Below are positions 1 through 7,232 of a stretch of DNA of 32,000 nt, one piece after another. The notes under the pieces were generated by a model, which made no database searches, was not told the origin of the DNA, and was given only the letters and a program-made list of their open reading frames with translations. The stretch is from Candidatus Moranella endobia PCIT (lineage in GTDB: Bacteria > Pseudomonadota > Gammaproteobacteria > Enterobacterales > Enterobacteriaceae). Position numbers and translations under genes: made by a program. The first letter of the stretch is position 1; each line of letters starts with the position of its first letter. Location: NCBI RefSeq assembly GCF_000219175.1, contig NC_015735.1:60001-92000 (forward strand), in the 5' to 3' direction.

Positions 1-92
1 CATTGCTCCGCAAGAGCTGCTTGTGCCGACTGGTAAAAGACTGACCCAATAAGGCTGGCAAGCAGCAGCAAGGCTAAACTGTGTTTCATCAT
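1..92 (-). CDS. 5' end (N-terminus) of an unidentified exported protein; ORF runs off the left edge
   Basis: Reverse strand from ATG ATG (92/89) reads MMKHSLALLLLASLIGSVFYQSAQA-ALAEQ... This has a charged N-region, a hydrophobic core and an AxA-like site, as in a Sec signal peptide. Only about 30 codons are visible and I recognise no homolog. The start overlaps the last stop of the speG relic. Confidence 0.3.
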   Translation of the reverse strand, partial: MMKHSLALLLLASLIGSVFYQSAQAALAEQ

Positions 93-640
93 CGCGCTGT
101 TGTTTTTGACATTAGTGCTGGAATAGGCACATTCTTAGACTTATAGTATTGTGGTATGGCAATGAATAAAAATTCATTCAGTAAAACCCCTTCTCGCTTA
201 AAACCCATTTTGGTATAGATATGGATTGCTCATGTTATCTTCATCAACAATAAAATACAGCTTATGCAGATTTAGTACCATAAAACCGAAATGTAGCGCT
301 AGGAGGTGCGCCTTGGAAACACTAGCATAGCCTTTTTACCTTGGTGCTCTCTCTGGCGCAAGAATAGAAAATTTGGCGCGCCTATGGGCCTATGGATATA
401 ATCGATATCTACCAGGCCAATGGTAATGCCTTGCTTATCAAGAATGAACCGCCGCTCGCTCATATTATGAATATTTTTCTGGTACAGATCTGTTAACTCA
501 ACATAGGCTTCGTATGACTCTTCAACCCAGTAGCGCATCATCATTATTATTAAGCTGATGAATAAAATGTAGATCATCACGTTCCAACAGACGCAGCTTG
601 ATATTCTGATGCTCCTCAGATATTTGGCTTATTTTTTCAT
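89..640 (-). pseudogene. speG: spermidine N-acetyltransferase (SpeG) pseudogene, multiply frameshifted
   Basis: Four reverse-strand frame segments together reproduce E. coli SpeG in order. They are (M)KK/ISQISEEHQNIKLRLLERDDLHFIHQLNNN; MRYWVEESYEAYVELTDLYQKNIHNMSERRFILDKQGITIGLVDIDYIHR (the 299..580 ORF); KGYASVSKAHLLALHFGFMVLNLHKLYFIVDEDNMSNPYLYQNGF; and REGVLLNEFLF... Frames break at short homopolymers: the A6 run just after the ATG at 640, GGTAAAAAGG (331-340 on the + strand) and GTTTTAAG (197-204). There is also an in-frame TAA and an internal deletion near the C-terminus. Confidence 0.8.
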
Positions 641-689
641 TATTTAACCTCGCATACTAGCGGTGGCAGATAATCATACTGATCAATAA

Positions 690-990
690 TCGGCAATTAT
701 AACAATTGCTCACCAAAAAGCCGGCAATAGCAATGGTAACAAAAACTAAGCAACCATGATCTTCGTCAGAAGCCATCGATGCCTAGTCTATTTATCAGCT
801 TTCTGATTGAAAATTAATCAACAAGTAGCCTAAATTAGATAAATTCTACAATACTGTCAAAAAAATAACATGCGAGTTTTTATTGGAAAGTGGCGTTAAC
901 AACCACCGCAGAAGCATTTCTGCGCAGTTGTTGCTTTTAGTATTTTTTGGTTCTTTGATGATCATCACTACCTGAACAATCACTATCCAT
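690..990 (-). pseudogene. slmA: nucleoid occlusion factor SlmA pseudogene (frameshifts, stops, internal deletion, C-terminal half missing)
   Basis: Reverse-strand frames give ..KILKATTAQK.., RHFPIKTRMLFF, DSIVEFI*, LIFNQKADK*TRHRWLL. These match E. coli SlmA EEIL..ITTAKLA, YRHFPSKTRMF, DSLIEFIE, INLILKDEKDTTARLRLIV in the same order. The relic lies immediately downstream of dut, which is the E. coli position of slmA. One frameshift sits in the A7/T7 run at 859-865. Confidence 0.7.
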
Positions 991-1024
991 AATGTGGATA
1001 TACCACAGTCCAAATTGTGAGTTA

Positions 1025-1483
1025 CTATTGTCGACCAGAGTGGCCAAAGCCACTTTCGTTACGTTCGCTGATATTAATGAAGGAGTTAACTAAGTTAAAT
1101 GTAGCCTGCACAATTGGTATAAAGACCATTTGTGCTATTCGATCCCCTGGTTCAACGATAAAAATTTCTTGGCCGCGATTCCATACTGATACCATTAATG
1201 GTCCTTGGTAGTCCGAATCAATCAGTCCAATCATATTTCCCAGGACAATACCGTGCTTATGACCCAGACCGGAACGCGGCATAATCACTGCTGCCAGATT
1301 GGGATCGGCAATGTGAATTGCTAGCCCAGTCGGCAGAAGGTGAGTCTCTCCTGGTGCTAGTACCAACGGTTCATCGATACAAGCACGTAAATCAAGACCA
1401 GCAGATCCTCTGGTAGCGTAAGCAGGAAGCGGAAAACAATCGCCAAATCGTCGATCAAGTATCTTAACGTCGATGTTGTTCAT
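1025..1483 (-). CDS. dut: dUTP diphosphatase
   Basis: 152-aa ORF. ..[79 protein letters not shown]...GFGHSGRQ is collinear with E. coli Dut over the full length. Confidence 0.97.
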   Translation of the reverse strand: MNNIDVKILDRRFGDCFPLPAYATRGSAGLDLRACIDEPLVLAPGETHLLPTGLAIHIADPNLAAVIMPRSGLGHKHGIVLGNMIGLIDSDYQGPLMVSVWNRGQEIFIVEPGDRIAQMVFIPIVQATFNLVNSFINISERNESGFGHSGRQ

Positions 1484-1534
1484 AATATATTCTGCAAAGT
1501 AAGAAGAAATAAAAATTAGCTTTGGTTAAGATGT

Positions 1535-1702
1535 CTACCTATAGCATACAATCATAAATAATATCAGACTACTGCTCCTCCATAACCAAGTAAAATGGAC
1601 TGTAACATGGCGAAAACAATTGTTATCATCTTGCTATTGCTGATGAACAGTACAAAATCAATTACAATAATTTATTATGTCACTGTAATCAACAATGTAA
1701 TC
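1535..1702 (-). pseudogene. coaBC: possible 3'-terminal relic of coaBC (phosphopantothenoylcysteine synthetase/decarboxylase)
   Basis: The reverse frame reads DYIVDYSDIINYCN*FCTVHQQ*QDDNNCFRHVTVHFTWLWRSSSLILFMIVCYR*. It loosely resembles the E. coli CoaBC C-terminus DLICANDV..FNSDNNALHLFW...LLLDEIVTRY. It occupies the expected position and strand directly upstream of dut. Identity is weak and gapped, so this is synteny-supported only. Confidence 0.3.
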
Positions 1703-1735
1703 GGCTGTTAGCAGCGAAATATAGCACATATTCGT

Positions 1736-1897
1736 TTGTTTATGATGTTAAACCACCCATAAACAACAAATGTAGCAGCTACAAATAGCTGGTAAAGGTC
1801 CCATAACCAGATCTTTATCGTTGGTGGGATGCATAGGCGCTGTGACCAATGGTTTCTTTTTCCGCAAATATTATGTATGCTACTATTTAATGTTTAA
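1736..1897 (+). pseudogene. radC: possible 3'-terminal relic of radC (yicR)
   Basis: The forward frame reads LFMMLNHP*TTNVAATNSW*RSHNQIFIVGGMH... Compare the E. coli YicR C-terminus ..LILAHNHPSG...DLRVLDHIVIGRGEYVSF. It sits at the expected place and strand just upstream of rpmB. It has in-frame stops and a deletion of about 14 codons. Confidence 0.3.
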
Positions 1898-2060
1898 ATG
1901 TTAGGCGTAGCTTTTTAGATGAACAACATTTGCATATTATATCTTTTGGAAGACACTACGAAATAAAAATTTGCGAGCATAAATTAGCTATAATAGGCGG
2001 TTACCAACTATATTACAGCTCGAGCTGAGTTAATTGTTTTGGAGAACGGAGAACATAGAT

Positions 2061-2297
2061 ATGTCCAGAGTATGCCAAGTTACTGGCAAGCAACCGGTTA
2101 GTGGCAACAATCGCTCCCATGCAATGAATGCTACCAAACGCCGTTTTCTGCCGAATCTGCATTATCACCGTTTTTGGATGGCGCGCGAAAAACGTTTTAT
2201 CAAGCTACGCGTATCTACCAAAGGTATGCGTGTAATCGACAAGAAGGGCATCGAATTAGTTTTAGCAAATATCCTTATTCGCAGTGAGAAGAGTTAA
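2061..2297 (+). CDS. rpmB: 50S ribosomal protein L28
   Basis: [58 protein letters not shown] matches E. coli L28. I chose the ATG at 2061, preceded by GGAGAACGGAGAA. The track's 2034 start adds 9 non-homologous residues. Confidence 0.96.
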   Translation: MSRVCQVTGKQPVSGNNRSHAMNATKRRFLPNLHYHRFWMAREKRFIKLRVSTKGMRVIDKKGIELVLANILIRSEKS

Positions 2298-2330
2298 AGA
2301 AACATTAAAATAACAACCAGGAACTGAATC

Positions 2331-2498
2331 ATGGCTAAGGGTGTTCGCGAAAATATTAAGCTGGTTTCTTCTGCTGGTAGTGGTCACTTCTATACCACCA
2401 CAAAGAACAAGCGCAATAAAGCTGAAAAGATGGAATTAAAAAAATTTGATCCTGTTGTGCGCCAGTATGTGCTTTACAAAGAAGCAAAAATCAAATAA
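2331..2498 (+). CDS. rpmG: 50S ribosomal protein L33 (55 aa, below the ORF-track size cutoff)
   Basis: Manual translation gives [56 protein letters not shown]. coli L33 is [55 protein letters not shown]. It sits 33 nt after rpmB, as in the rpmBG operon. Confidence 0.95.
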   Translation: MAKGVRENIKLVSSAGSGHFYTTTKNKRNKAEKMELKKFDPVVRQYVLYKEAKIK

Positions 2499-2547
2499 TA
2501 AATAGCCTCCAGTGCTGAAATCCTGTTGATATTGAGCTTAGTAGCAG

Positions 2548-3357
2548 ATGCCAGAATTGCCGGAAGTTGAAACTTGTCGCCGAGGGATTGCACCTTGGAT
2601 AACTGGACATGCTATTTTACGAACGGAAGTACGCAATGCGCAACTACGTTGGCCAGTAGACAAAAAAATTATCGCACTACGGGATAGTTATGTGCTTAGC
2701 GTACAGCGGCGGGCGAAGTATTTGCTCTTAGAACTTGATCAAGCATGGATTATTATCCATCTTGGTATGTCAGGATGTTTACGGGTTCTGCACCAGCCGC
2801 AGCAGCTAGAAAAGCACGATCATATCGATTTAGTCATCAGCAATGGATGTATCATCCGCTATAACGATCCGCGGCGCTTTGGTTCCTGGCTATGGTGCGA
2901 TAATCTACTCACCAGCCATATGTTGGTCCACCTGGGACCAGAACCACTGAGCGATCAGTTCGATAGCCGATGGCTGTATGCAAAGTCGCGTAATAAACGC
3001 ACGCCGATTAAGCAGTTACTGATGGATAATAAAATTGTGGTCGGTATCGGCAATATTTATGCGAACGAATCACTATTGGTCGCTGGTATCTTACCAGGCA
3101 GATCAGCCCATTCATTAAGTGCAGAAGAAGTTGCAATTGTAGTGAATAGCATTAAACAAGTGTTGATGCGCTCAATTGAGCAGGGTGGTACTACTAGTAG
3201 AGATTTTCTACAGCCTAATGGTCAGCCAGGATATTTTATAAAAGAGCTGCAGGTTTACGGCCGGGCTCGCGAACCTTGTAAGACGTGTGGAACACCGATA
3301 CAGGTAACCAAGCACAACCAAAGGAGCACTTTTTTCTGTTATGAATGTCAGCATTAA
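2548..3357 (+). CDS. mutM: formamidopyrimidine-DNA glycosylase (Fpg)
   Basis: 269 aa, the same length as E. coli Fpg. The N-terminal catalytic MPELPEVE is present, as are [22 protein letters not shown] and GNIYA.ESL. The C-terminal zinc finger C..C(16)C..C is intact. Confidence 0.96.
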   Translation: MPELPEVETCRRGIAPWITGHAILRTEVRNAQLRWPVDKKIIALRDSYVLSVQRRAKYLLLELDQAWIIIHLGMSGCLRVLHQPQQLEKHDHIDLVISNGCIIRYNDPRRFGSWLWCDNLLTSHMLVHLGPEPLSDQFDSRWLYAKSRNKRTPIKQLLMDNKIVVGIGNIYANESLLVAGILPGRSAHSLSAEEVAIVVNSIKQVLMRSIEQGGTTSRDFLQPNGQPGYFIKELQVYGRAREPCKTCGTPIQVTKHNQRSTFFCYECQH

Positions 3358-3389
3358 TTTGTAAAAATAGTACAGAATTAGTGGTCGGA

Positions 3390-3660
3390 TTACGGTACAG
3401 CTTGCAATATTGAAGCTCCCAGTAGAAAACTGCTACTTACCCAATTTTTGGCATACTGCATTAATATAACATTGATTTTATCAGTCATAATATTGACTGA
3501 CTGGCCCGGCGTCGCGGTTACGTATTTTGTTACAATTGTTCGTTCCATAGCAGCCATAAAATCAGGCTCAAGCAAATTCAGCAGGCGCGAAAACGCGCCC
3601 TGGTTCTCATGACGGCCGTAGTACAGGCGATCATCCTAATTCTCATGGGTTAGAGACCAC
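3390..3660 (-). pseudogene. coaD: phosphopantetheine adenylyltransferase (CoaD) relic lacking the N-terminal nucleotide-binding part
   Basis: An open reverse frame at 3635..3390 reads DDRLYYGRHENQGAFSRLLNLLEPDFMAAMERTIVTKYVTATPGQSVNIMTDKINVILMQYAKNWVSSSFLLGASILQAVP*. It aligns with gaps to E. coli CoaD EERVALAQ...[59 protein letters not shown]. An in-frame TAG lies at 3638-3636. I found no (T/H)xGH N-terminal motif upstream. It is convergent with mutM, as in E. coli. Confidence 0.5.
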
Positions 3661-3827
3661 AGGTAATTAACCTTAACCAATTAACCAGCTAGCTGGCTAT
3701 TGCTACACGTATCTTGGACATTAAAATCTGTCGTACAATTAGTACTGGAATTGCGTGCGCTGCTGCTAACAAATTATGACCGCCACGTTGATAAAACTTG
3801 GCCACAGCTAGGTTTCATAGGGTTCAA

Positions 3828-3849
3828 TTAGGATATGTTTAGGATATGT
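3828..3849. repeat. perfect tandem duplication of an 11-nt unit (TTAGGATATGT x2) just upstream of dnaX
   Basis: Read directly: 3828-3838 and 3839-3849 are identical. Confidence 0.9.
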
Positions 3850-3885
3850 TAACATAATCATGTTTTCTTACTTTAATTGCGATTA

Positions 3886-6054
3886 ATGAGCTATCACGTA
3901 CTTGCCCGTAAGTGGCGACCAAAAAAAATTTCAGATGTAGTAGGTCAGGAGCATGTTCTGACGGTGATAACAAACAGCCTGTCATTAGGCAGGCTCCATC
4001 ATGCCTATTTTTTATCTGGCACCAGCGGCGTGGGAAAAACGACTATCGCGCGTATTCTGGCGAAAGGAATGAATTGCGCAACAAGCATTACTGCCTCACC
4101 TTGTGGTCAATGCGATAATTGCCGTGAAATTGAGCAGGGACGTTTCGTTGATCTGATAGAAATCGATGCCGCCTCGCGTACCAAAGTTGAAGATACCCGT
4201 GAGCTACTAGATAATGTCCAGTACGCACCTGCACGCGGAAGATTTAAAATATACCTCATAGATGAGGTACATATGCTTTCCCGTCACAGCTTTAATGCGC
4301 TGTTAAACACACTGGAAGAACCGCCAGCGCATGTAAAATTTTTACTAGCAACAACTGAACCGCAGAAAGTACCGTTAACCATTCTGTCACGATGTTTGCA
4401 ATTTCACTTAAAAGCGCTAGACATTGAGCAAATATGTATCCAACTGACGAAAGTCTTGCAACTAGAACAGATTGCAGCAGAGCCACGTGCGCTGTCACTT
4501 CTAGCCCGCGCAGCTAATGGTAGTATGCGTGACGCACTTAGTCTGACCGATCAAGCTATCGCCATGGGGCAAGGAGAGATACGAACTGAAGCAATCCGCC
4601 TCATGCTCGGTAAACTTACCACTGAGCAGCCGCTGGCTATTATAGAGGCGCTGCTAGATGCTGACGGTAGCGGCATGCTAGCGCAAATTGCGCAATACGC
4701 AGCTCGCGGGATGAATTGGGAAGGTCTGCTTATTGACATTCTCTCATTGCTTCACCGTTTAGCAATGTGGCAAATATTGCCCAACAAATTTAACGATGAG
4801 GAAGATCATGGAATATTATCTCGTTTGATTACAGTGGCTAGTCGCCTTCATCCAGAAGATTTACAACTTTATTACCAAACCCTACTGATAGGGCGTAAAG
4901 AGCTATCTTTTGCGCCAGACCCGAGGATGGGGGTTGAAATGACCCTCTTGCGTGCACTAGCATTTCATCCAGCCACAGTGGAAGTATTTACTTCCCACCC
5001 TCAGGGTGAAACTAATAAATTTAGCGCTGATACATCCCCAGGTAGCACTTCCTTAATGGTTACACCTAGTAGTACCACCCCCCTAGCTGCCAACACTGAT
5101 GATGATCAGGTCGCAGTTTCACTGTGCTCAGAACCACAAAAAATAGCAGCGGGGCACGCTTGTCATACTAGGATTCCTCCTACACCTGATGATTATTATA
5201 TCAGGCAGAATGCTAATGGCTTCAATAAAGCTGAAATAGCTATACCAGAGAATAATTCGATTGCTGGCGTTCCACCGGCAGCAGCACAATCATTAACATT
5301 TGATCATACTGCTTTGCCAGTAGTAGGTGATATATCTTCCCCACTAGCAGCAGCAGCTACCGTAGATAAAATGGTCATGCAGCAGCCGGTGCATACTGCC
5401 ATCGACTTGAATAATACGCCTGATTTGTCACTAGCAGGTGATCGCCCATTGCTGGACACAACTACGCAACTATTACATGCCCGCACCGCCTTACTACGCA
5501 GTCAGGAGAAAAAAAAAGTATGCACCCACCCAGAACAACCCACTTGCCAGCAAGCTATCAGCAAACTAGCTCGACTGGCAGTAGTAGGCGAACGCACCCC
5601 GCCGTGTCAGATGATGATAGAAGGGGAAAAATTGATGCAACAACAAGCTAACAGACCAGTGACTTACCACTGGCGTGCCAAACAACATCCCAACGTTGAA
5701 TCAGCTCCAGTGACGACTACGCAAAAATTGCGTACTAAGCTTGAACATGAAAAGAAGCAGGAACAAGCGTTATGTCTGGAAGTAGAATTGCTGGAACGCG
5801 ATTCCTGGGCGGCACAGGTGCATCGACTGGTAATACCCAAGCTAGTGCAGCAGCTGGCCCTAAATTCCTGGAAAGAAGAGTTGGCACCAGGTAAGATATG
5901 TCTACACCTACGAACTTCGCATAACCATCTAAATTCTGTTACAGCGCAAATATTACTGCGTGATGCTTTGAGCACCGATATAGGTTTGCCGGTTATATTA
6001 ACAGTTATGGAAGATGATGAGCTCGCCAATAAAACACCAATGGAATGGCGGTAA
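3886..6054 (+). CDS. dnaX: DNA polymerase III subunit tau/gamma; frame 0 ends prematurely at TAA 6052-6054
   Basis: MSYHVLARKWRPKKISDVVGQEHVL..HHAY.LSGT.GVGKTTIARILAKG.NC...CG.CDNCREIEQGRFVDLIEIDAASRTKVEDTRELLDNVQYAPARGRFK.YLIDEVHMLSRHSFNALL.TLEEPP.HVKFLLATT.PQK.P.TILSRCLQFHLKAL is collinear with E. coli DnaX. The ATG at 3886 corresponds to the E. coli start, and the track's TTG at 3877 adds 3 residues. The domain III-IV linker is about 110 aa longer than in E. coli. The conserved last 40 codons lie in the +1 frame (next feature). Confidence 0.92.
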   Translation: MSYHVLARKWRPKKISDVVGQEHVLTVITNSLSLGRLHHAYFLSGTSGVGKTTIARILAKGMNCATSITASPCGQCDNCREIEQGRFVDLIEIDAASRTKVEDTRELLDNVQYAPARGRFKIYLIDEVHMLSRHSFNALLNTLEEPPAHVKFLLATTEPQKVPLTILSRCLQFHLKALDIEQICIQLTKVLQLEQIAAEPRALSLLARAANGSMRDALSLTDQAIAMGQGEIRTEAIRLMLGKLTTEQPLAIIEALLDADGSGMLAQIAQYAARGMNWEGLLIDILSLLHRLAMWQILPNKFNDEEDHGILSRLITVASRLHPEDLQLYYQTLLIGRKELSFAPDPRMGVEMTLLRALAFHPATVEVFTSHPQGETNKFSADTSPGSTSLMVTPSSTTPLAANTDDDQVAVSLCSEPQKIAAGHACHTRIPPTPDDYYIRQNANGFNKAEIAIPENNSIAGVPPAAAQSLTFDHTALPVVGDISSPLAAAATVDKMVMQQPVHTAIDLNNTPDLSLAGDRPLLDTTTQLLHARTALLRSQEKKKVCTHPEQPTCQQAISKLARLAVVGERTPPCQMMIEGEKLMQQQANRPVTYHWRAKQHPNVESAPVTTTQKLRTKLEHEKKQEQALCLEVELLERDSWAAQVHRLVIPKLVQQLALNSWKEELAPGKICLHLRTSHNHLNSVTAQILLRDALSTDIGLPVILTVMEDDELANKTPMEWR
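5509..5517 (+). other. A9 homopolymer (AAA AAA AAA, Lys-Lys-Lys) at the position homologous to the E. coli dnaX tau/gamma frameshift site
   Basis: LLHARTALLRSQEKKKV aligns with E. coli LLQARQQLQRVQGATKAKKSEP, where A AAA AAG is the -1 slippery site. GGAG abuts the run at 5505-5508. The -1 frame stops at 5649-5651 and the +1 frame stops at 5567-5569. Confidence 0.6.
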
Positions 6055-6175
6055 AACAATTTATGAAGACAAGCTGATGCTGGCAAGGGGAAAAATTATG
6101 GCAGATGCGCATATTAAAATGCTGCAGAGATTATTTGACGCCGAATTAGATGAAGCAAGTATACAACCAGTATAA
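6053..6175 (+). other. dnaX: out-of-frame (+1) conserved C-terminal tail of DnaX tau (domain V end)
   Basis: The +1 frame from 6053 reads KTIYEDKLMLARGKIMADAHIKMLQRLFDAELDEASIQPV*. The E. coli tau C-terminus is (R)QAIYEEKLAQARESIIADNNIQTLRRFFDAELDEESIRPI*. The alignment is gap-free once the single T at 6052 is ignored. Confidence 0.85.
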
Positions 6176-6551
6176 CTATCTATGATTGCAGGGCAAAAAA
6201 ATATTACTCTGACAGAGTCAATTGTATTGACTTGACTATATTGACGTCAGTAAATCAGATCAATCGCTATACATAGCACAACAAATGCTTGAGCTTTTTG
6301 TTAATTATGTCAAATGTTATCGCCGCAAGCGTATCAAACATAGTTGAACTAATGACATAACGACGTAACAGGCCATGCCGGAAAAACTATATTTGAACTA
6401 AATTCGCAGCACCAACTAACTAATAAAAGTACCGAAAGACAATATGACGACTGCTGACCGCATCAGCATGTTAAGCAAATTGATTGTACTATATACAGTC
6501 TGTTTGATCTTAATATCCTTGTATTTAGATAAGAAGAGGAGGATTGATAAG

Positions 6552-7205
6552 ATGCGTATCATGTTACTGGGCGCTCCAGGTGCTGGCAAAGGCACTCATG
6601 CAAAATTTATCATGGATAAGTACAGTATTCCGCAAATTTCTACCGGTAATATACTACGTACCGCTGTGGATGCGCAATCAGAACTAGGTAAGCAAGCCAA
6701 AGTTCTCATGGATGCAGGTAAACTAATAAACGATGAACTGATGATCGCACTTGTCACAGAACGCATCAAACAAAACTATTATCGTAATGGATTTGTGCTA
6801 GAGGGTTTTCCCCGTACCATGGCCCAGGCTTATGCTCTGAAAGAGGCGGGTATAGTAATGGATTATGTACTTTTCTTCGAAATACCTGATTCAATTATTA
6901 TTGAACGCATCGTTGGTCGCCGTGTGCATGTACCTTCAGGCAGGATTTATCACGTTAAGTTCAACCCACCTAAACAAGAAGGTAAGGATGATATAACCGG
7001 CGAACCATTGACAACCCGCACAGATGATAAGAAGTACACGCTTCATAAACGTTTGATGGAATACTATCAACAAACCGTACCCCTAATTGACTATTATCAT
7101 CAAGAAGCAGATAAGGGTAAGATAAGATATTACCAGCTCGACAGTACCCGCAATGTGAATGATATCAGCGCCGAACTGACCGCTATTCTTGAGCACGATA
7201 ACTAA
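6552..7205 (+). CDS. adk: adenylate kinase
   Basis: [32 protein letters not shown]....ELGKQAK..MDAGKL..DEL...[32 protein letters not shown] is collinear with E. coli Adk. The ATG at 6552 is preceded by the strong SD AAGAGGAGG (6533-6541). The 36-codon upstream extension in the track has no homology. Confidence 0.96.
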   Translation: MRIMLLGAPGAGKGTHAKFIMDKYSIPQISTGNILRTAVDAQSELGKQAKVLMDAGKLINDELMIALVTERIKQNYYRNGFVLEGFPRTMAQAYALKEAGIVMDYVLFFEIPDSIIIERIVGRRVHVPSGRIYHVKFNPPKQEGKDDITGEPLTTRTDDKKYTLHKRLMEYYQQTVPLIDYYHQEADKGKIRYYQLDSTRNVNDISAELTAILEHDN

Positions 7206-7232
7206 CATCATAACTGTTGAAAGATTATAGCA

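Noticed and set aside
898-948. Imperfect hairpin (AACAACCACCGCAGAA / TTCTGCGCAGTTGTT) followed by a T-rich run, resembling a + strand terminator
   Set aside because: It lies inside the slmA relic, in the segment encoding ..ATTAQK.. on the opposite strand. It has an internal mismatch loop and no + strand gene upstream, so it is probably fortuitous.
1017-1211. 64-aa + strand ORF overlapping the 3' end of dut
   Set aside because: It is antisense to dut, with no homology and no SD.
6049-6056. prfB-style programmed +1 frameshift at CGG UAA A to rejoin the dnaX tail
   Set aside because: The P-site codon CGG cannot re-pair in the +1 frame (GGU). There is no SD-like element at the 3-nt spacing that drives prfB shifting. 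I keep it only as a formal possibility under the dnaX finding.
5664-6086. 140-aa - strand ORF and smaller ORFs (3912..4118, 4292..4498, 4551..4739, 5304..5486) overlapping dnaX
   Set aside because: They are shadow frames of dnaX. They are Cys/Ser/Arg-rich, have no homology, and lack start context.
6390-6490. htpG 3' relic just upstream of adk
   Set aside because: Only a resemblance of about 10 residues (R..M..L.V). This is not enough to call a feature.
6444-6551. 36-codon N-terminal extension of adk suggested by the ORF track; similar extensions occur for nuoN (8694-8753), nuoG (17276-17308), mreB (22855-22887), rpmB (2034-2060) and dnaX (3877-3885)
   Set aside because: In each case homology to E. 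coli starts at the internal ATG. adk has a strong SD placed for 6552. The nuoN extension would overlap nuoM by 49 nt.
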